A stretch of DNA of 64,000 bases from an uncultured cyanobacterium (GTDB lineage Bacteria > Cyanobacteriota > Cyanobacteriia > Cyanobacteriales > CAWCAG01). A model generated the notes under the pieces. That model did not search any database. It saw only the letters and a program-made list of their open reading frames with translations, and was not told the origin of the DNA. The stretch covers positions 1 to 64,000 of the forward strand of contig CAWCAG010000005.1 of NCBI GenBank assembly GCA_963793425.1, read 5' to 3'. Below are positions 20,700-30,260 of the stretch, one piece after another (position 1 is the stretch's first letter; each line of letters opens with the position of its first letter). The translations under genes and the position numbers were made by a program.

Positions 20700-21281
20700 C
20701 TAGGAATGGCTAGACATTTGTTCAATCAATAAAGTGAACCCAGGTAATACATCTTCTCCTAATAAAAATATTGGTAAACTTAAAGTTTCTACAGCTTGTT
20801 GAGAACGATAAATTTCGACAGTATTATTTTGTGGATTAATCAACCAACCTAACCTTAAACCACAGTCTAAATACTCCCTCATTTTTTCTTGTAAAGGTTT
20901 TAATCTGTCACTGGGCGATCGCAGTTCAATCACAAAATTAGGACAGATGGGAGGGAATTTTCTTCTTTGCTCTGAAGTCAAAGCCAGCCATCTTTCTTTG
21001 GCTACCCAGGCAACATCAGGAGAGCGGTTACCGCCTCCAGGCAAGTTAAATATGGTTGATGAACTAAAAACAAATCCTAAATTACTCTGACGATTCCAGA
21101 GGCTAACCTGAAAGATCAAATCAGCTTCTTGATTGCCACTTTCTCCTCCTACTGGGGACATAACAATTAATTCTCCATCACGACTAAGTTCTAATGGTAC
21201 ATCTGGATTAGCATTACAGAGTTGATAAAAATTCTCTGTTGTTAATGTAATTAATGGTTTTAAATCTAATACAGTTCTCAT
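20700..21281 (-). CDS. Uma2 family endonuclease (DUF820)
   Basis: GELIVMSP, RSPDVAWV, CPNFVIELRSPSD, LGWLINP, GEDVLPGF. Confidence 0.9.
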   Translation of the reverse strand: MRTVLDLKPLITLTTENFYQLCNANPDVPLELSRDGELIVMSPVGGESGNQEADLIFQVSLWNRQSNLGFVFSSSTIFNLPGGGNRSPDVAWVAKERWLALTSEQRRKFPPICPNFVIELRSPSDRLKPLQEKMREYLDCGLRLGWLINPQNNTVEIYRSQQAVETLSLPIFLLGEDVLPGFTLLIEQMSSHS

Positions 21282-21446
21282 CTTATTTCTCTTGAATATT
21301 TACAATATTTTTCGCCTGAATTAATGATGTTTATTATTCATGATTTCTTGATTGCTATAGCATCAGGTAAGCGAGGTGGTAAGCCCTATTTTAAAGTTTT
21401 TGGCAAAGTGAAATTGCGATTGAAAGGAAGAAGAATCTTATATAAA

Positions 21447-22934
21447 TCAGTCATTAATAGGACAAACTATTAGTAGTGAAAATAGTTTAAGAACTTTCAA
21501 CTCTTCTAATCTTTGTCCTTTCCACCACGCTTCATTGTGGGAGAGTTCATAGTCCAGATTTCTTCTAAACTCTTCCTTGTCGATTCTATCACCTATCAAA
21601 GAGCCACCAAAAGCCATAAAATCAGCAAGAAGCTGCTTTTGCCAATTCTGCTGCATTGCTGTTTTAGTGATAGTTCTTAGACTACCCACAAAAGCATCTA
21701 GAGCGGCATTATCTACTGTCACAACCTGCATAATTCCCCAAGGAAGATGTCCCTCCTGGGTGTTGGCAGGAGTATAGGAAACTTGGCTAGCAGAAATCCA
21801 ACCGTTTTGAGTATACCAGCCTACGCGATCGCCAAATACTTGTGGCTCTTTTTTACATTCATCAAAGATGCGCTTCTGGACACTGAAGCCAAAATGTCCA
21901 TGGCTATAATCTATCCACAAGCGATCAATAACTTGCAAAACTTGACAAGGAAAGTTTTGGATTTGTTTATCGGTAAGGTAGCCTTCTTCTTCTCGCTTAG
22001 CTACTTTTAAAATAATAGTTCTAGTTGCTTCATTTGCTTCTCGCCATCTTCCTGATGCTAGTAAATTTTCCAAACGTGCATATTCTTCACTTCTGGTTAT
22101 CGAGAAGCTAAGGAATTTTTGAATAATTGGGCGAAACTTTTTCCAAACAATTTCTCCTTTGAAGTTATCAGAAACATTGGCTACTTTTTCATAAAAATGT
22201 AGTTTCTGTTTATTTAACTCACAAACTACTGGTATTTCGTACCAGAGCAAATTGACTCTGTGGTTAATAGGATTGGTGGTTCGTATGGCAGTAGCTGTCT
22301 TTTCATCTAAGTCATCAACAATTGCCACAGCGAAACAAGCATGAGTCGGAACCCGAAAATTATATATAGCTTCGCCAACTGCTGATGAGTTGACTGTACC
22401 TTTAGCTATTCGTAAACATTGGGCTGAATATTGCTGTAAAATCTTAATTCGCATTGAGGAAAACTCAGAGAACATAAACAAAGCTTCACCTCGCATTCCC
22501 TGCTGTAGTTCAAAGTCTGATATGGTAGCAATATAGTTAAACAGCCTTCCGTTCTTGAAGACATTTTGACGAATTTCTAAAGAACCTTGTTGCCGCAACT
22601 TTGGTAAAATATCTTCAAAGTATTGCTCTAAAGATAGACTATTTTCACAAGCTTCAATTGTTCTAAAATAGTCGGTATTAAAATCATTTTCTTGGCTGGT
22701 ACGCAGAGCCTTAATTAAAGCTTGAATAGCTTCATCATTCCAAGTATAGTAGTTGCGATCGCCGATTTGAATATCTTGTCCCTCAATTTTACCAACAACA
22801 TTTTTGCCTGATGTGATTATAGTCTCACCACTGTTAGTGATTAACAACTGACGTAGATTTTCTACATCAGAATCAGTACATTTACCTGCAAGAATTTTGT
22901 CTATAATCGCTTTGATTTTCTCAGAGTTATCCAT
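21447..22934 (-). CDS. GUN4 domain protein with N-terminal EAD10-like domain bearing a RHIM-like motif, plus an uncharacterised middle domain
   Basis: N-terminus IIDKILAGKCTDSDVENLRQLL...GKNVVGKIEGQDIQIGDRNYYTWNDEAIQALI; GUN4 motifs YARLENLLASGRWREANEAT, FPCQVLQVIDRLWIDYSHGHFGFSVQKRI, GHLP; ATG at 22934 (TTG at 22937). Confidence 0.8.
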   Translation of the reverse strand: MDNSEKIKAIIDKILAGKCTDSDVENLRQLLITNSGETIITSGKNVVGKIEGQDIQIGDRNYYTWNDEAIQALIKALRTSQENDFNTDYFRTIEACENSLSLEQYFEDILPKLRQQGSLEIRQNVFKNGRLFNYIATISDFELQQGMRGEALFMFSEFSSMRIKILQQYSAQCLRIAKGTVNSSAVGEAIYNFRVPTHACFAVAIVDDLDEKTATAIRTTNPINHRVNLLWYEIPVVCELNKQKLHFYEKVANVSDNFKGEIVWKKFRPIIQKFLSFSITRSEEYARLENLLASGRWREANEATRTIILKVAKREEEGYLTDKQIQNFPCQVLQVIDRLWIDYSHGHFGFSVQKRIFDECKKEPQVFGDRVGWYTQNGWISASQVSYTPANTQEGHLPWGIMQVVTVDNAALDAFVGSLRTITKTAMQQNWQKQLLADFMAFGGSLIGDRIDKEEFRRNLDYELSHNEAWWKGQRLEELKVLKLFSLLIVCPIND

Positions 22935-22964
22935 CAAGATAAAAAGTTGCTTGAGTTGCTTTAC

Positions 22965-23933
22965 TTAGGTGCGATCACCAACTTGAATATTATCTCCTTT
23001 AATACTACCAACTACATTTTTACCCTGAACGTTTTGCATCACTACTTCTGCAATATTATCAATCTTTTCTTCTGATTTTACCCCATCCCAACCTTGATCT
23101 GGTAAACCCTTACCTCCTCGTAAAAGTGCCACAGCGAAATCTTCTGTAACAAAATCAAAATGAGGTGTTTGCTCAGCATTATACAAATTTTGAGCCGTTT
23201 TAGGTACAGTTTCTCCTAAATAATTCATCAGATTAGAAACCTTTACTTGTGTCTCTCCTAGTTTATTACCTGCCCCTTGTAAAGCTTCTAGAAAATGAAA
23301 GGTATAAACGCTAATTGAATCATCTTTAATCCACGACCTTTGTTCCCCCTGACAAGAAGTAAATACCACCCTACCTTTTCCTTCTGCAAGAGATTTAATT
23401 AAACCTTTGGATGGTGCAAACCTTTGAAAGTCTTCAAACTCATCTAACAATTCTGCATCAGCTTTCTCTGCATTCTTAGATGTTGCCATTCCTGCTGCAT
23501 GACAACTATCGATAACTACTAACAATCGTTGGGCTGGAATTTCTCGTAAGGCGGCACTAAAAGTTTTTCCAGACAGGGCAGTTGCAGCTAACTTAGTAGG
23601 TTTAACGTCGTGTTGTAGCAAGTAAAAACTGTTGTCAATTTTGTTAACCCAACCATGACCGGAATAGTAGACTAAAATAGTTGCCTCTGGATCTGTTTCG
23701 GCTTTTTCCTTTAGCCATTGCAAACCAGCTAAAATAGCTTCACGGGTTGCCTTGTCATCATTGAGTATGCGGATATACTCCTTATTATCAGGATAAGCAC
23801 ATAATTGAGGATCAATCAACGCTGCATAAATAGCTTGAGTGTCTTTAACAGTTATAGGTAAAGACAAGGGCTGGTACTTTGATTCTCCCACACCAATTAG
23901 CAAAGCATAGCCTTGGTTAAATTTTTCAGTCAT
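22965..23933 (-). CDS. Caspase family (C14, orthocaspase-type) cysteine protease with C-terminal RHIM-like motif
   Basis: YALLIGVG; catalytic His in YYSGHG and Cys in IDSCHA; SVYTFHFLEALQG, QTP; ends QGKNVVGSIKGDNIQVGDRT. Confidence 0.9.
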   Translation of the reverse strand: MTEKFNQGYALLIGVGESKYQPLSLPITVKDTQAIYAALIDPQLCAYPDNKEYIRILNDDKATREAILAGLQWLKEKAETDPEATILVYYSGHGWVNKIDNSFYLLQHDVKPTKLAATALSGKTFSAALREIPAQRLLVVIDSCHAAGMATSKNAEKADAELLDEFEDFQRFAPSKGLIKSLAEGKGRVVFTSCQGEQRSWIKDDSISVYTFHFLEALQGAGNKLGETQVKVSNLMNYLGETVPKTAQNLYNAEQTPHFDFVTEDFAVALLRGGKGLPDQGWDGVKSEEKIDNIAEVVMQNVQGKNVVGSIKGDNIQVGDRT

Positions 23934-23972
23934 GATCTTAAGGGTTTAGAGATTATTATTCATTTTAATCAA

Positions 23973-25787
23973 ATGAGCGACTTAACCCCGATTGTCATTT
24001 CCTTAAAAACTGCAACCTTAGCTACAATCATCACCTTTTTCCTCGGTATCATTGCTGCCCGTTATTTGTTAACTACTCGCGGTATAGTGAAAGGATTGCT
24101 TGATGGCTTGTTGACTTCTCCTTTAGTTTTGCCACCGACGGTAGTTGGTTTTCTGTTACTCCTGCTTTTCGGCAGAAATGGCCCTGTGGGACAATTGTTG
24201 CAACTTTTGGGAGTGAGGGTTATTTTTACTTGGGCTGCAACGGTTATTGCGGCAACGGTTGTTGCTTTCCCTTTGATGTACAAAACCGCCTTGGGAGCTT
24301 TTAAACAAATTGATAGCAATCTCCTCGCCGCAGCAAGGACGCTAGGGGCATCTGAAGGGAAAATCTTCTGGTGGGTGATGCTGCCTTTAGCTAAACCAGG
24401 GCTTGTTGCTGGAACTTTGCTCACTTTTGCCCGTGCATTAGGGGAATTTGGGGCAACGATGATGGTTGCTGGCAGTATTCCTGGGCAAACGCAAACTATT
24501 CCTGTGGCTATTTTCTTTGCAGCCGAAAGTGGGGCGATGGATCAAGCTTTGGTTTGGGTTGTTGTGACTATAGCAATTTCTTTGGGGGTGACGATGGCGG
24601 TAAATTTTTGGTCTGATGCAGCTATAAATAGGGGGAAGGGAGAGAAAAGTTATATTGAGTTGGCAGTGCAAAGTCCTCTTCCTTCACAGCAAAGGGAAAC
24701 TTATCCGGTAGAGTTAGTTGTAGAAATCAAAAAACGACTCCCTGGTTTTTATTTGGATGTATCTTTTGATGCCAACCAACAACCCCTGGGTTTATTAGGG
24801 GCTTCTGGGGCAGGGAAAAGCTTGATTTTACGTTGTATTGCTGGTTTGGAAAGTCCGGATCAGGGACGCATTGTTTTAAATGGGAAGGTGCTGTTTGATT
24901 CTCAACAAGGCATCAATTTACCTAGTCGCGATCGCAAGGTTGGTTTTTTGTTCCAAAATTATGCCCTTTTCCCTCACCTCACCGTTGCCCAAAATATTTC
25001 TTTTGGTGTCCCGAAAGGTAAATCTAACTTAGTTATTAAGCAGCAAGTAGAAGCACAATTAGTTGCGGTGCAGCTATCGGGGTTAGGAAATCGCTATCCA
25101 CACCAACTCTCCGGAGGGCAGCAACAACGGGTTGCTTTAGCTAGGGCATTAGCTAGTCAACCGGAGGTATTATTGTTGGATGAACCTTTTTCTGCTGCTG
25201 ATACTTACCTGCGTCATCAATTAGAAAAGTTTTTGCTGGCAAGCCTGACTACCTACCAAGGGGCAACTTTATTTGTTACCCACAACCTGGAAGAAGCTTA
25301 TCGAATTTGTAGCAATTTGTTGGTGATTGAGGAAGGGAAAGTTGCTGCAAGGGGAAGGAAAGAGGAGATTTTTGAACATCCCCCCAGTAAGAATGTGGCA
25401 GCAGTGACTGGATGTAAGAATTTTTCTGTTGCTGTGGCTGTTACCCATCAGGAGGTTGTGGCCAAAGATTGGCAATGTTCCCTCAAAGTTGTTGAACCTA
25501 TCCCCCCTAATTTAAGTTACATCGGCATTCGCGCCCATCAATTAATTTTTTGCCAAGATGCCAGTTTAGAGAATACTTTTCCTTGTTGGTTAACCGCAAC
25601 CAGCGAAACTCAACATCGCCTGACTTTGTATCTTAAATTAAATCAGCCTCCCCAAAGTCCCCAGGATTATCATCTTCAAGCAGAGGTGTTTAAGGATAAA
25701 TGGGCAACGATGAAAGATTCACCTTTCCCTTGGTACATTCAGTTGCATCCTCTTCGGGTTATTCTTTTACCAGAAAGTAACAAGTGA
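23973..25787 (+). CDS. modB: Molybdate ABC transporter fused permease/ATPase ModBC
   Basis: PLVLPPTVVGF, AARTLGAS and FARALGEFGAT permease motifs, then GASGAGKS, LSGGQQQRVALARAL, LLLDEP; ATG at 23973 preferred because the 23913 start overlaps the caspase gene. Confidence 0.9.
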   Translation: MSDLTPIVISLKTATLATIITFFLGIIAARYLLTTRGIVKGLLDGLLTSPLVLPPTVVGFLLLLLFGRNGPVGQLLQLLGVRVIFTWAATVIAATVVAFPLMYKTALGAFKQIDSNLLAAARTLGASEGKIFWWVMLPLAKPGLVAGTLLTFARALGEFGATMMVAGSIPGQTQTIPVAIFFAAESGAMDQALVWVVVTIAISLGVTMAVNFWSDAAINRGKGEKSYIELAVQSPLPSQQRETYPVELVVEIKKRLPGFYLDVSFDANQQPLGLLGASGAGKSLILRCIAGLESPDQGRIVLNGKVLFDSQQGINLPSRDRKVGFLFQNYALFPHLTVAQNISFGVPKGKSNLVIKQQVEAQLVAVQLSGLGNRYPHQLSGGQQQRVALARALASQPEVLLLDEPFSAADTYLRHQLEKFLLASLTTYQGATLFVTHNLEEAYRICSNLLVIEEGKVAARGRKEEIFEHPPSKNVAAVTGCKNFSVAVAVTHQEVVAKDWQCSLKVVEPIPPNLSYIGIRAHQLIFCQDASLENTFPCWLTATSETQHRLTLYLKLNQPPQSPQDYHLQAEVFKDKWATMKDSPFPWYIQLHPLRVILLPESNK

Positions 25788-25839
25788 GATCATTTATCAT
25801 TTATCATTAAACATTAAACATTGACTATTTTCATTGATT

Positions 25840-26679
25840 TCAGAGTAAGTTTTGGTTTTTTGTTCTTACTCGTTCATACAATTCTTCCATCGTTTCAATA
25901 AAAGAATGATCCTTGTGCCAAAAAGAGGGATAATCTCCTTGTTTTTTAATCAGAATTGCTGGAACCCCGCTTTGATTTGGGGTTTCAATGGTTGAGGGTA
26001 AATGCTTTTTCCCTAGCCAGAATTCTTTAGTACTTAGCTTGCCAGTGATAGCTTTTTTTTCTGGTTTAGTATAGAAAGATGTCGCAGTTTCTAAAGGGAT
26101 TTCTTGAGTATTTAGTTGAGAAGAGAGGGCTTTACCTAATGGGGATAAGGCTAATTTTTTTTGTAGTTCTTTTTTGGGTATTCCCCGTAATTCAAATAAC
26201 AAAAAAGGGTCTTGATCTAATTGGGAAGCGACTAGATAATATACTCCGGCGATATGTTTGCAAGGATTGGCATAATCTGGACAGGAACAACTGGTTTGAA
26301 AATCCTTTCTGCTGTGGGGTAATAAGTTTAAGCCTAATTCAGCAAATGTATCTTCAATGTTTTCTGGTACTTCGTTTAATAATAATCGGGAAACTACACT
26401 TGCTTTAGATGAGAGTTTTTTAATTGCTTGTTGCCACTTTGTTTTAGGAATGGGTTTAATTTGGATAGAAATATTATAAGTTGGTTCTTTATAAACTCCG
26501 AAATAAGGATTGACGGAACCTCTAACTTTAGCGGTGATAGAGTTTTCTTGAATCTCAAAACTTTTGACTTTGCCGCCACTGGCATAGGAACGTCCCCTTT
26601 GTAATCTATTACTTTCGCTAAATTCTTCCAATGCTTTAATAAAGCGATCCCCCCACCAAGTTCGACTAAATCTGACCAT
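25840..26679 (-). CDS. SWIM zinc finger protein
   Basis: TWWG..F, RLQRGRSYA, CSCPDYANPCKH, DPFLLFELRG. Confidence 0.9.
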   Translation of the reverse strand: MVRFSRTWWGDRFIKALEEFSESNRLQRGRSYASGGKVKSFEIQENSITAKVRGSVNPYFGVYKEPTYNISIQIKPIPKTKWQQAIKKLSSKASVVSRLLLNEVPENIEDTFAELGLNLLPHSRKDFQTSCSCPDYANPCKHIAGVYYLVASQLDQDPFLLFELRGIPKKELQKKLALSPLGKALSSQLNTQEIPLETATSFYTKPEKKAITGKLSTKEFWLGKKHLPSTIETPNQSGVPAILIKKQGDYPSFWHKDHSFIETMEELYERVRTKNQNLL

Positions 26680-26685
26680 TTTTCC

Positions 26686-29600
26686 TTACTCCAATACTGC
26701 ACTTTTATTTAAAGAAATTAGTTTCTTAAAGGCATTGTTATCTAATTCCGTTAACCAAGATTCATCACTGCCGATGACAGCAGAAGAAAGTTTTTTCTTA
26801 TCTTCAATCATTTGGTCAATTCTCTCTTCTAAAGTACCAATGGAGACGAATTTATGAACGAAGACATTCTTTTTTTGACCAATACGAAAAGCCCGATCTG
26901 TTGCTTGATCTTCCACTGCGGGATTCCACCAGCGATCAAAATGGAAAACATGGTTAGCTTTAGTAAGGGTGATGCCGACACCACCTGCTTTAAGAGAGAG
27001 GATGAATACTGATGGTTCGGTTTCTGAATCTTGAAATTCAGTAATCATCTTTTCTCTGCGTTTACGATTAGTACCACCATGTAAATAGTAAGTGTTGCAA
27101 TGTAAGTTATGTTTAAGATATTTTTCAATACCTTGACAAATTTCCGTAAATTGGCTGAAAACCAAGAGGCTTTCTCCCTCGGAAATCGCTTCTTCTGACA
27201 TTTGGCTAAGACGACTAAGTTTGTGGGAACGCCTCGCAGAAAATTCGCTATTATCTTGGAGAAATTGGGCAGGATGATTACAAATTTGCTTCAATTTCAT
27301 TAAGGTAGAAAGCATTAAACCCTTACGTTCAATTCCTTCAGCCTCTTGTAGCTTCTCTTCCACATCTTTTACCACAACTTCATATAAAGATGCTTGTTCT
27401 TTCGTTAAATTAGTATATAATTTCTGTTCAACTTTATCAGGTAAATCATTGATAATCGATTTGTCAGTTTTTAGCCGACGGAGAATCAAAGGTTCAACTA
27501 ACTTTTTCAAAGTAATTGATTTAACTTTATCATTATCTTTTTGGATAGGAACTTCAAAGGATTTACGAAATTGGGCTTGCTTCCCTAAATAACCAGGATT
27601 GAGAAAGTTAAAAATTGACCACAAATCCAGTAAGCGATTTTCCACAGGAGTTCCGGTTAAAGCTAGCTTATGCTTTGCTGATAGTTTAAGAATCGCCTTT
27701 GTCTGTGCCGCTTTGGGGTTTTTAATGTTTTGGGCTTCATCTAACACAATGCGTTGCCATGCAACACTATTAAATAACTTTTGATCCTTACGGGCTAAAG
27801 TAAAAGAACTAATCACCACATCACAATCTTGGCAAGCTGCTTGAAAATCTGGGATTTTCGAGATGCGATCGCCCCCGTGATGTACTATGGCTTTAAGCTG
27901 GGGGGCAAACTTAATAATCTCCTTTTGCCAGTTTCCCACCACAGAAGTGGGGGCAATCAAAAGAGTTGGTAATAAAGATTTCTCTTGCTTTTCTCTCTCT
28001 TGTACCAAGCGGGCAATCACTTGTACAGATTTCCCTAAACCCATATCATCGGCTAAACAACCATTCAATCCCAAGTGTTCCAAATAATGCAGCCAGGATA
28101 CACCCCGCTTTTGATACTCCCGCAAAGTCCCTTGCAAATTTGCTAATTCAGAAATTGGTTCTAATTGACTCTTATCTTGCAACTTCGCCATCATTCCTGA
28201 CAAAGCCTGATCATGTTCAACTTCCCACTCATCCCCCGCTTCTGCACTCTTTTGCAAAAACTCCAGCAAGGTCATTTCTGGTTTTTCATCCCCATGAGAT
28301 TGCCAAAATTCCAGCAATTGCTGCATTTTATCTTGATCAAGTTCCATCCATTGACCGCGAAAATGCACCAGAGGAGACTTTGCATTAACTAATTGTTCCC
28401 ATTCTGCACGGGTAATAACTTCTTCTCCAATGGCTAAGGAATATTGATATTGCACCAGAGAATCTAAACCAAAATAACTCTTTGTCTTACCCTTAGTTAC
28501 TTTCCCTTGAGAAGAAGAAGCCTTGAGGCGAATTTTAGCACGGCGACGACCGGCGGGAGTATACCAGGCAGGTACAATCACTTTAAAACCAGAATCTTCT
28601 AATACCCAAGCGCTTTCTTTGAGGAAATCAAACGCTTCCTCTAAACTCAATTGTAATCCTGTGGGGCGATCGCACTCCAAACCTCGCCACAAATTTGGAT
28701 ACATCCGGGCTGCATAACCCAAATTTAATAAAAGATTGGTTTCAAAATCTTTCCCAAAATCCTTACTTAGCCCCTCTTTAGTTTTAGCATTCATCTCCCA
28801 GTAGTCAGCCAGCAATAACTTTAGGGAAGGATCTTGTTTACTAGCCACAAGAAACTGCATCTGCCAATTCTCAGCATCATTTGCTGTGGCAGAATCTAGT
28901 TGCAAGCAAAGGTGAAAGGAAGAGTCAGCTTGGGTACGGGCAATCTTAGTTTTCCACTCCAACCACTGTTGATACTCTGGCAAAGTCGCATTGCTAATGC
29001 TGGCATCGGGCTTGCGGGAATGAAAGCAATGATCAATTAAAGAATCAGCAATCTTTTTCGCAAAAGCGGCGGTAGATTGGGTATGAGTCACTAAGTTGCG
29101 AAGTAGATATTCTGAAAAGTGACGCAACAAAGTCTCTGGTTCAAAAAACTCCACAGTTTCCCTGGGTAGAGATGAACCCGCCAAACAAATTGGCGGCATA
29201 TATTCCCGGTATTTGGCAATATTTTCTTCATACTCTTCAGAAACAATTTCCCAAGTAGGATAGATAGCAAAATCAGTGCTTTTATTCGATTTTCCCCGGC
29301 CTTTTTTCTGCTTCGTTTTGGTTTCCAACTGTCGATACTTCAAGGCAGGAATATACTGATCCTTAAGAATTATCGGTTTAAAAGCTTGGGTGTAATGATA
29401 CCAAAACAACAAATCCGAACCCAATTGAAATTCACCTAAGTTATATAGTGCCAAAAAGTGAACATCATTAAGAAACCTAACGACATTAACCGCCGTCGCC
29501 AGGTGAGAAGGATCGGTTTTCGTCGCAGCCACAGTTTGATAACAATCTACTTCCCAATATTGCAACTCCTCATAAAAATCCGGAACTTCTGCTTCCAAAT

Positions 29601-29880
29601 ACTTAGTTAATTCTGGCGAAGGAAGGGGCTGATCATTAACTGTAGGTAAGGCAAAATATTGGGGGAAAATGCGTTCTTGTAATTGCCTGGTACTCTCTTT
29701 TAACCCCAATTCTTCTCTCAAGAAAGTAACTAAATCATCCTTCCTCAAATGTCTAGGATGAATTTTCTCCTCACCAGTTTTTCTCTTACTTAAAGGAACT
29801 TCAACCCACAGACAAAAAGAACCTGACTGCACAAAATCAGATTCAGCATCGGGTATCCAGCTACCATGAAGAACTTTCAT
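26686..29880 (-). CDS. SNF2-family (SWI2/SNF2) ATP-dependent helicase
   Basis: LREYQKRG, LADDMGLGKS, DEAQNIKN, LTGTPVEN, SLKAGGVG, DRWWNPAVEDQATDRAFRIGQ; 6 bp upstream of the SWIM gene. Confidence 0.93.
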   Translation of the reverse strand: MKVLHGSWIPDAESDFVQSGSFCLWVEVPLSKRKTGEEKIHPRHLRKDDLVTFLREELGLKESTRQLQERIFPQYFALPTVNDQPLPSPELTKYLEAEVPDFYEELQYWEVDCYQTVAATKTDPSHLATAVNVVRFLNDVHFLALYNLGEFQLGSDLLFWYHYTQAFKPIILKDQYIPALKYRQLETKTKQKKGRGKSNKSTDFAIYPTWEIVSEEYEENIAKYREYMPPICLAGSSLPRETVEFFEPETLLRHFSEYLLRNLVTHTQSTAAFAKKIADSLIDHCFHSRKPDASISNATLPEYQQWLEWKTKIARTQADSSFHLCLQLDSATANDAENWQMQFLVASKQDPSLKLLLADYWEMNAKTKEGLSKDFGKDFETNLLLNLGYAARMYPNLWRGLECDRPTGLQLSLEEAFDFLKESAWVLEDSGFKVIVPAWYTPAGRRRAKIRLKASSSQGKVTKGKTKSYFGLDSLVQYQYSLAIGEEVITRAEWEQLVNAKSPLVHFRGQWMELDQDKMQQLLEFWQSHGDEKPEMTLLEFLQKSAEAGDEWEVEHDQALSGMMAKLQDKSQLEPISELANLQGTLREYQKRGVSWLHYLEHLGLNGCLADDMGLGKSVQVIARLVQEREKQEKSLLPTLLIAPTSVVGNWQKEIIKFAPQLKAIVHHGGDRISKIPDFQAACQDCDVVISSFTLARKDQKLFNSVAWQRIVLDEAQNIKNPKAAQTKAILKLSAKHKLALTGTPVENRLLDLWSIFNFLNPGYLGKQAQFRKSFEVPIQKDNDKVKSITLKKLVEPLILRRLKTDKSIINDLPDKVEQKLYTNLTKEQASLYEVVVKDVEEKLQEAEGIERKGLMLSTLMKLKQICNHPAQFLQDNSEFSARRSHKLSRLSQMSEEAISEGESLLVFSQFTEICQGIEKYLKHNLHCNTYYLHGGTNRKRREKMITEFQDSETEPSVFILSLKAGGVGITLTKANHVFHFDRWWNPAVEDQATDRAFRIGQKKNVFVHKFVSIGTLEERIDQMIEDKKKLSSAVIGSDESWLTELDNNAFKKLISLNKSAVLE

Positions 29881-30260
29881 TATTACAATGACTAAATGTA
29901 GCTCATTCTAAGAGTTGACCATTAATTTACCAAAAGAGAGTTACAAGATCAAGTTGAGATGGAGAAGTAATAAGTAATAAGTTAAGAATATACTATTCCC
30001 TATTGGCTATAGTCTGCGTCAATGCTATGGGTTTGTACTTCTCGTCTCGATAAAGAGAATCCTAATTAGAGAATAAGTAGATTAAGGTAAATAAACTGAA
30101 GTAAAAATCCTTGTAAGCTTTATTTTGCCGTTACTGTCACCTCGATTTTATTATCCTGCCCTACTTATGTACATAAGCTCAACTAACCATTGATAATTGT
30201 AAGGCTTGCCTTTGCCGCAGGCATCATTGATCATTGATCAGATACTTATCATTGAAAAAA

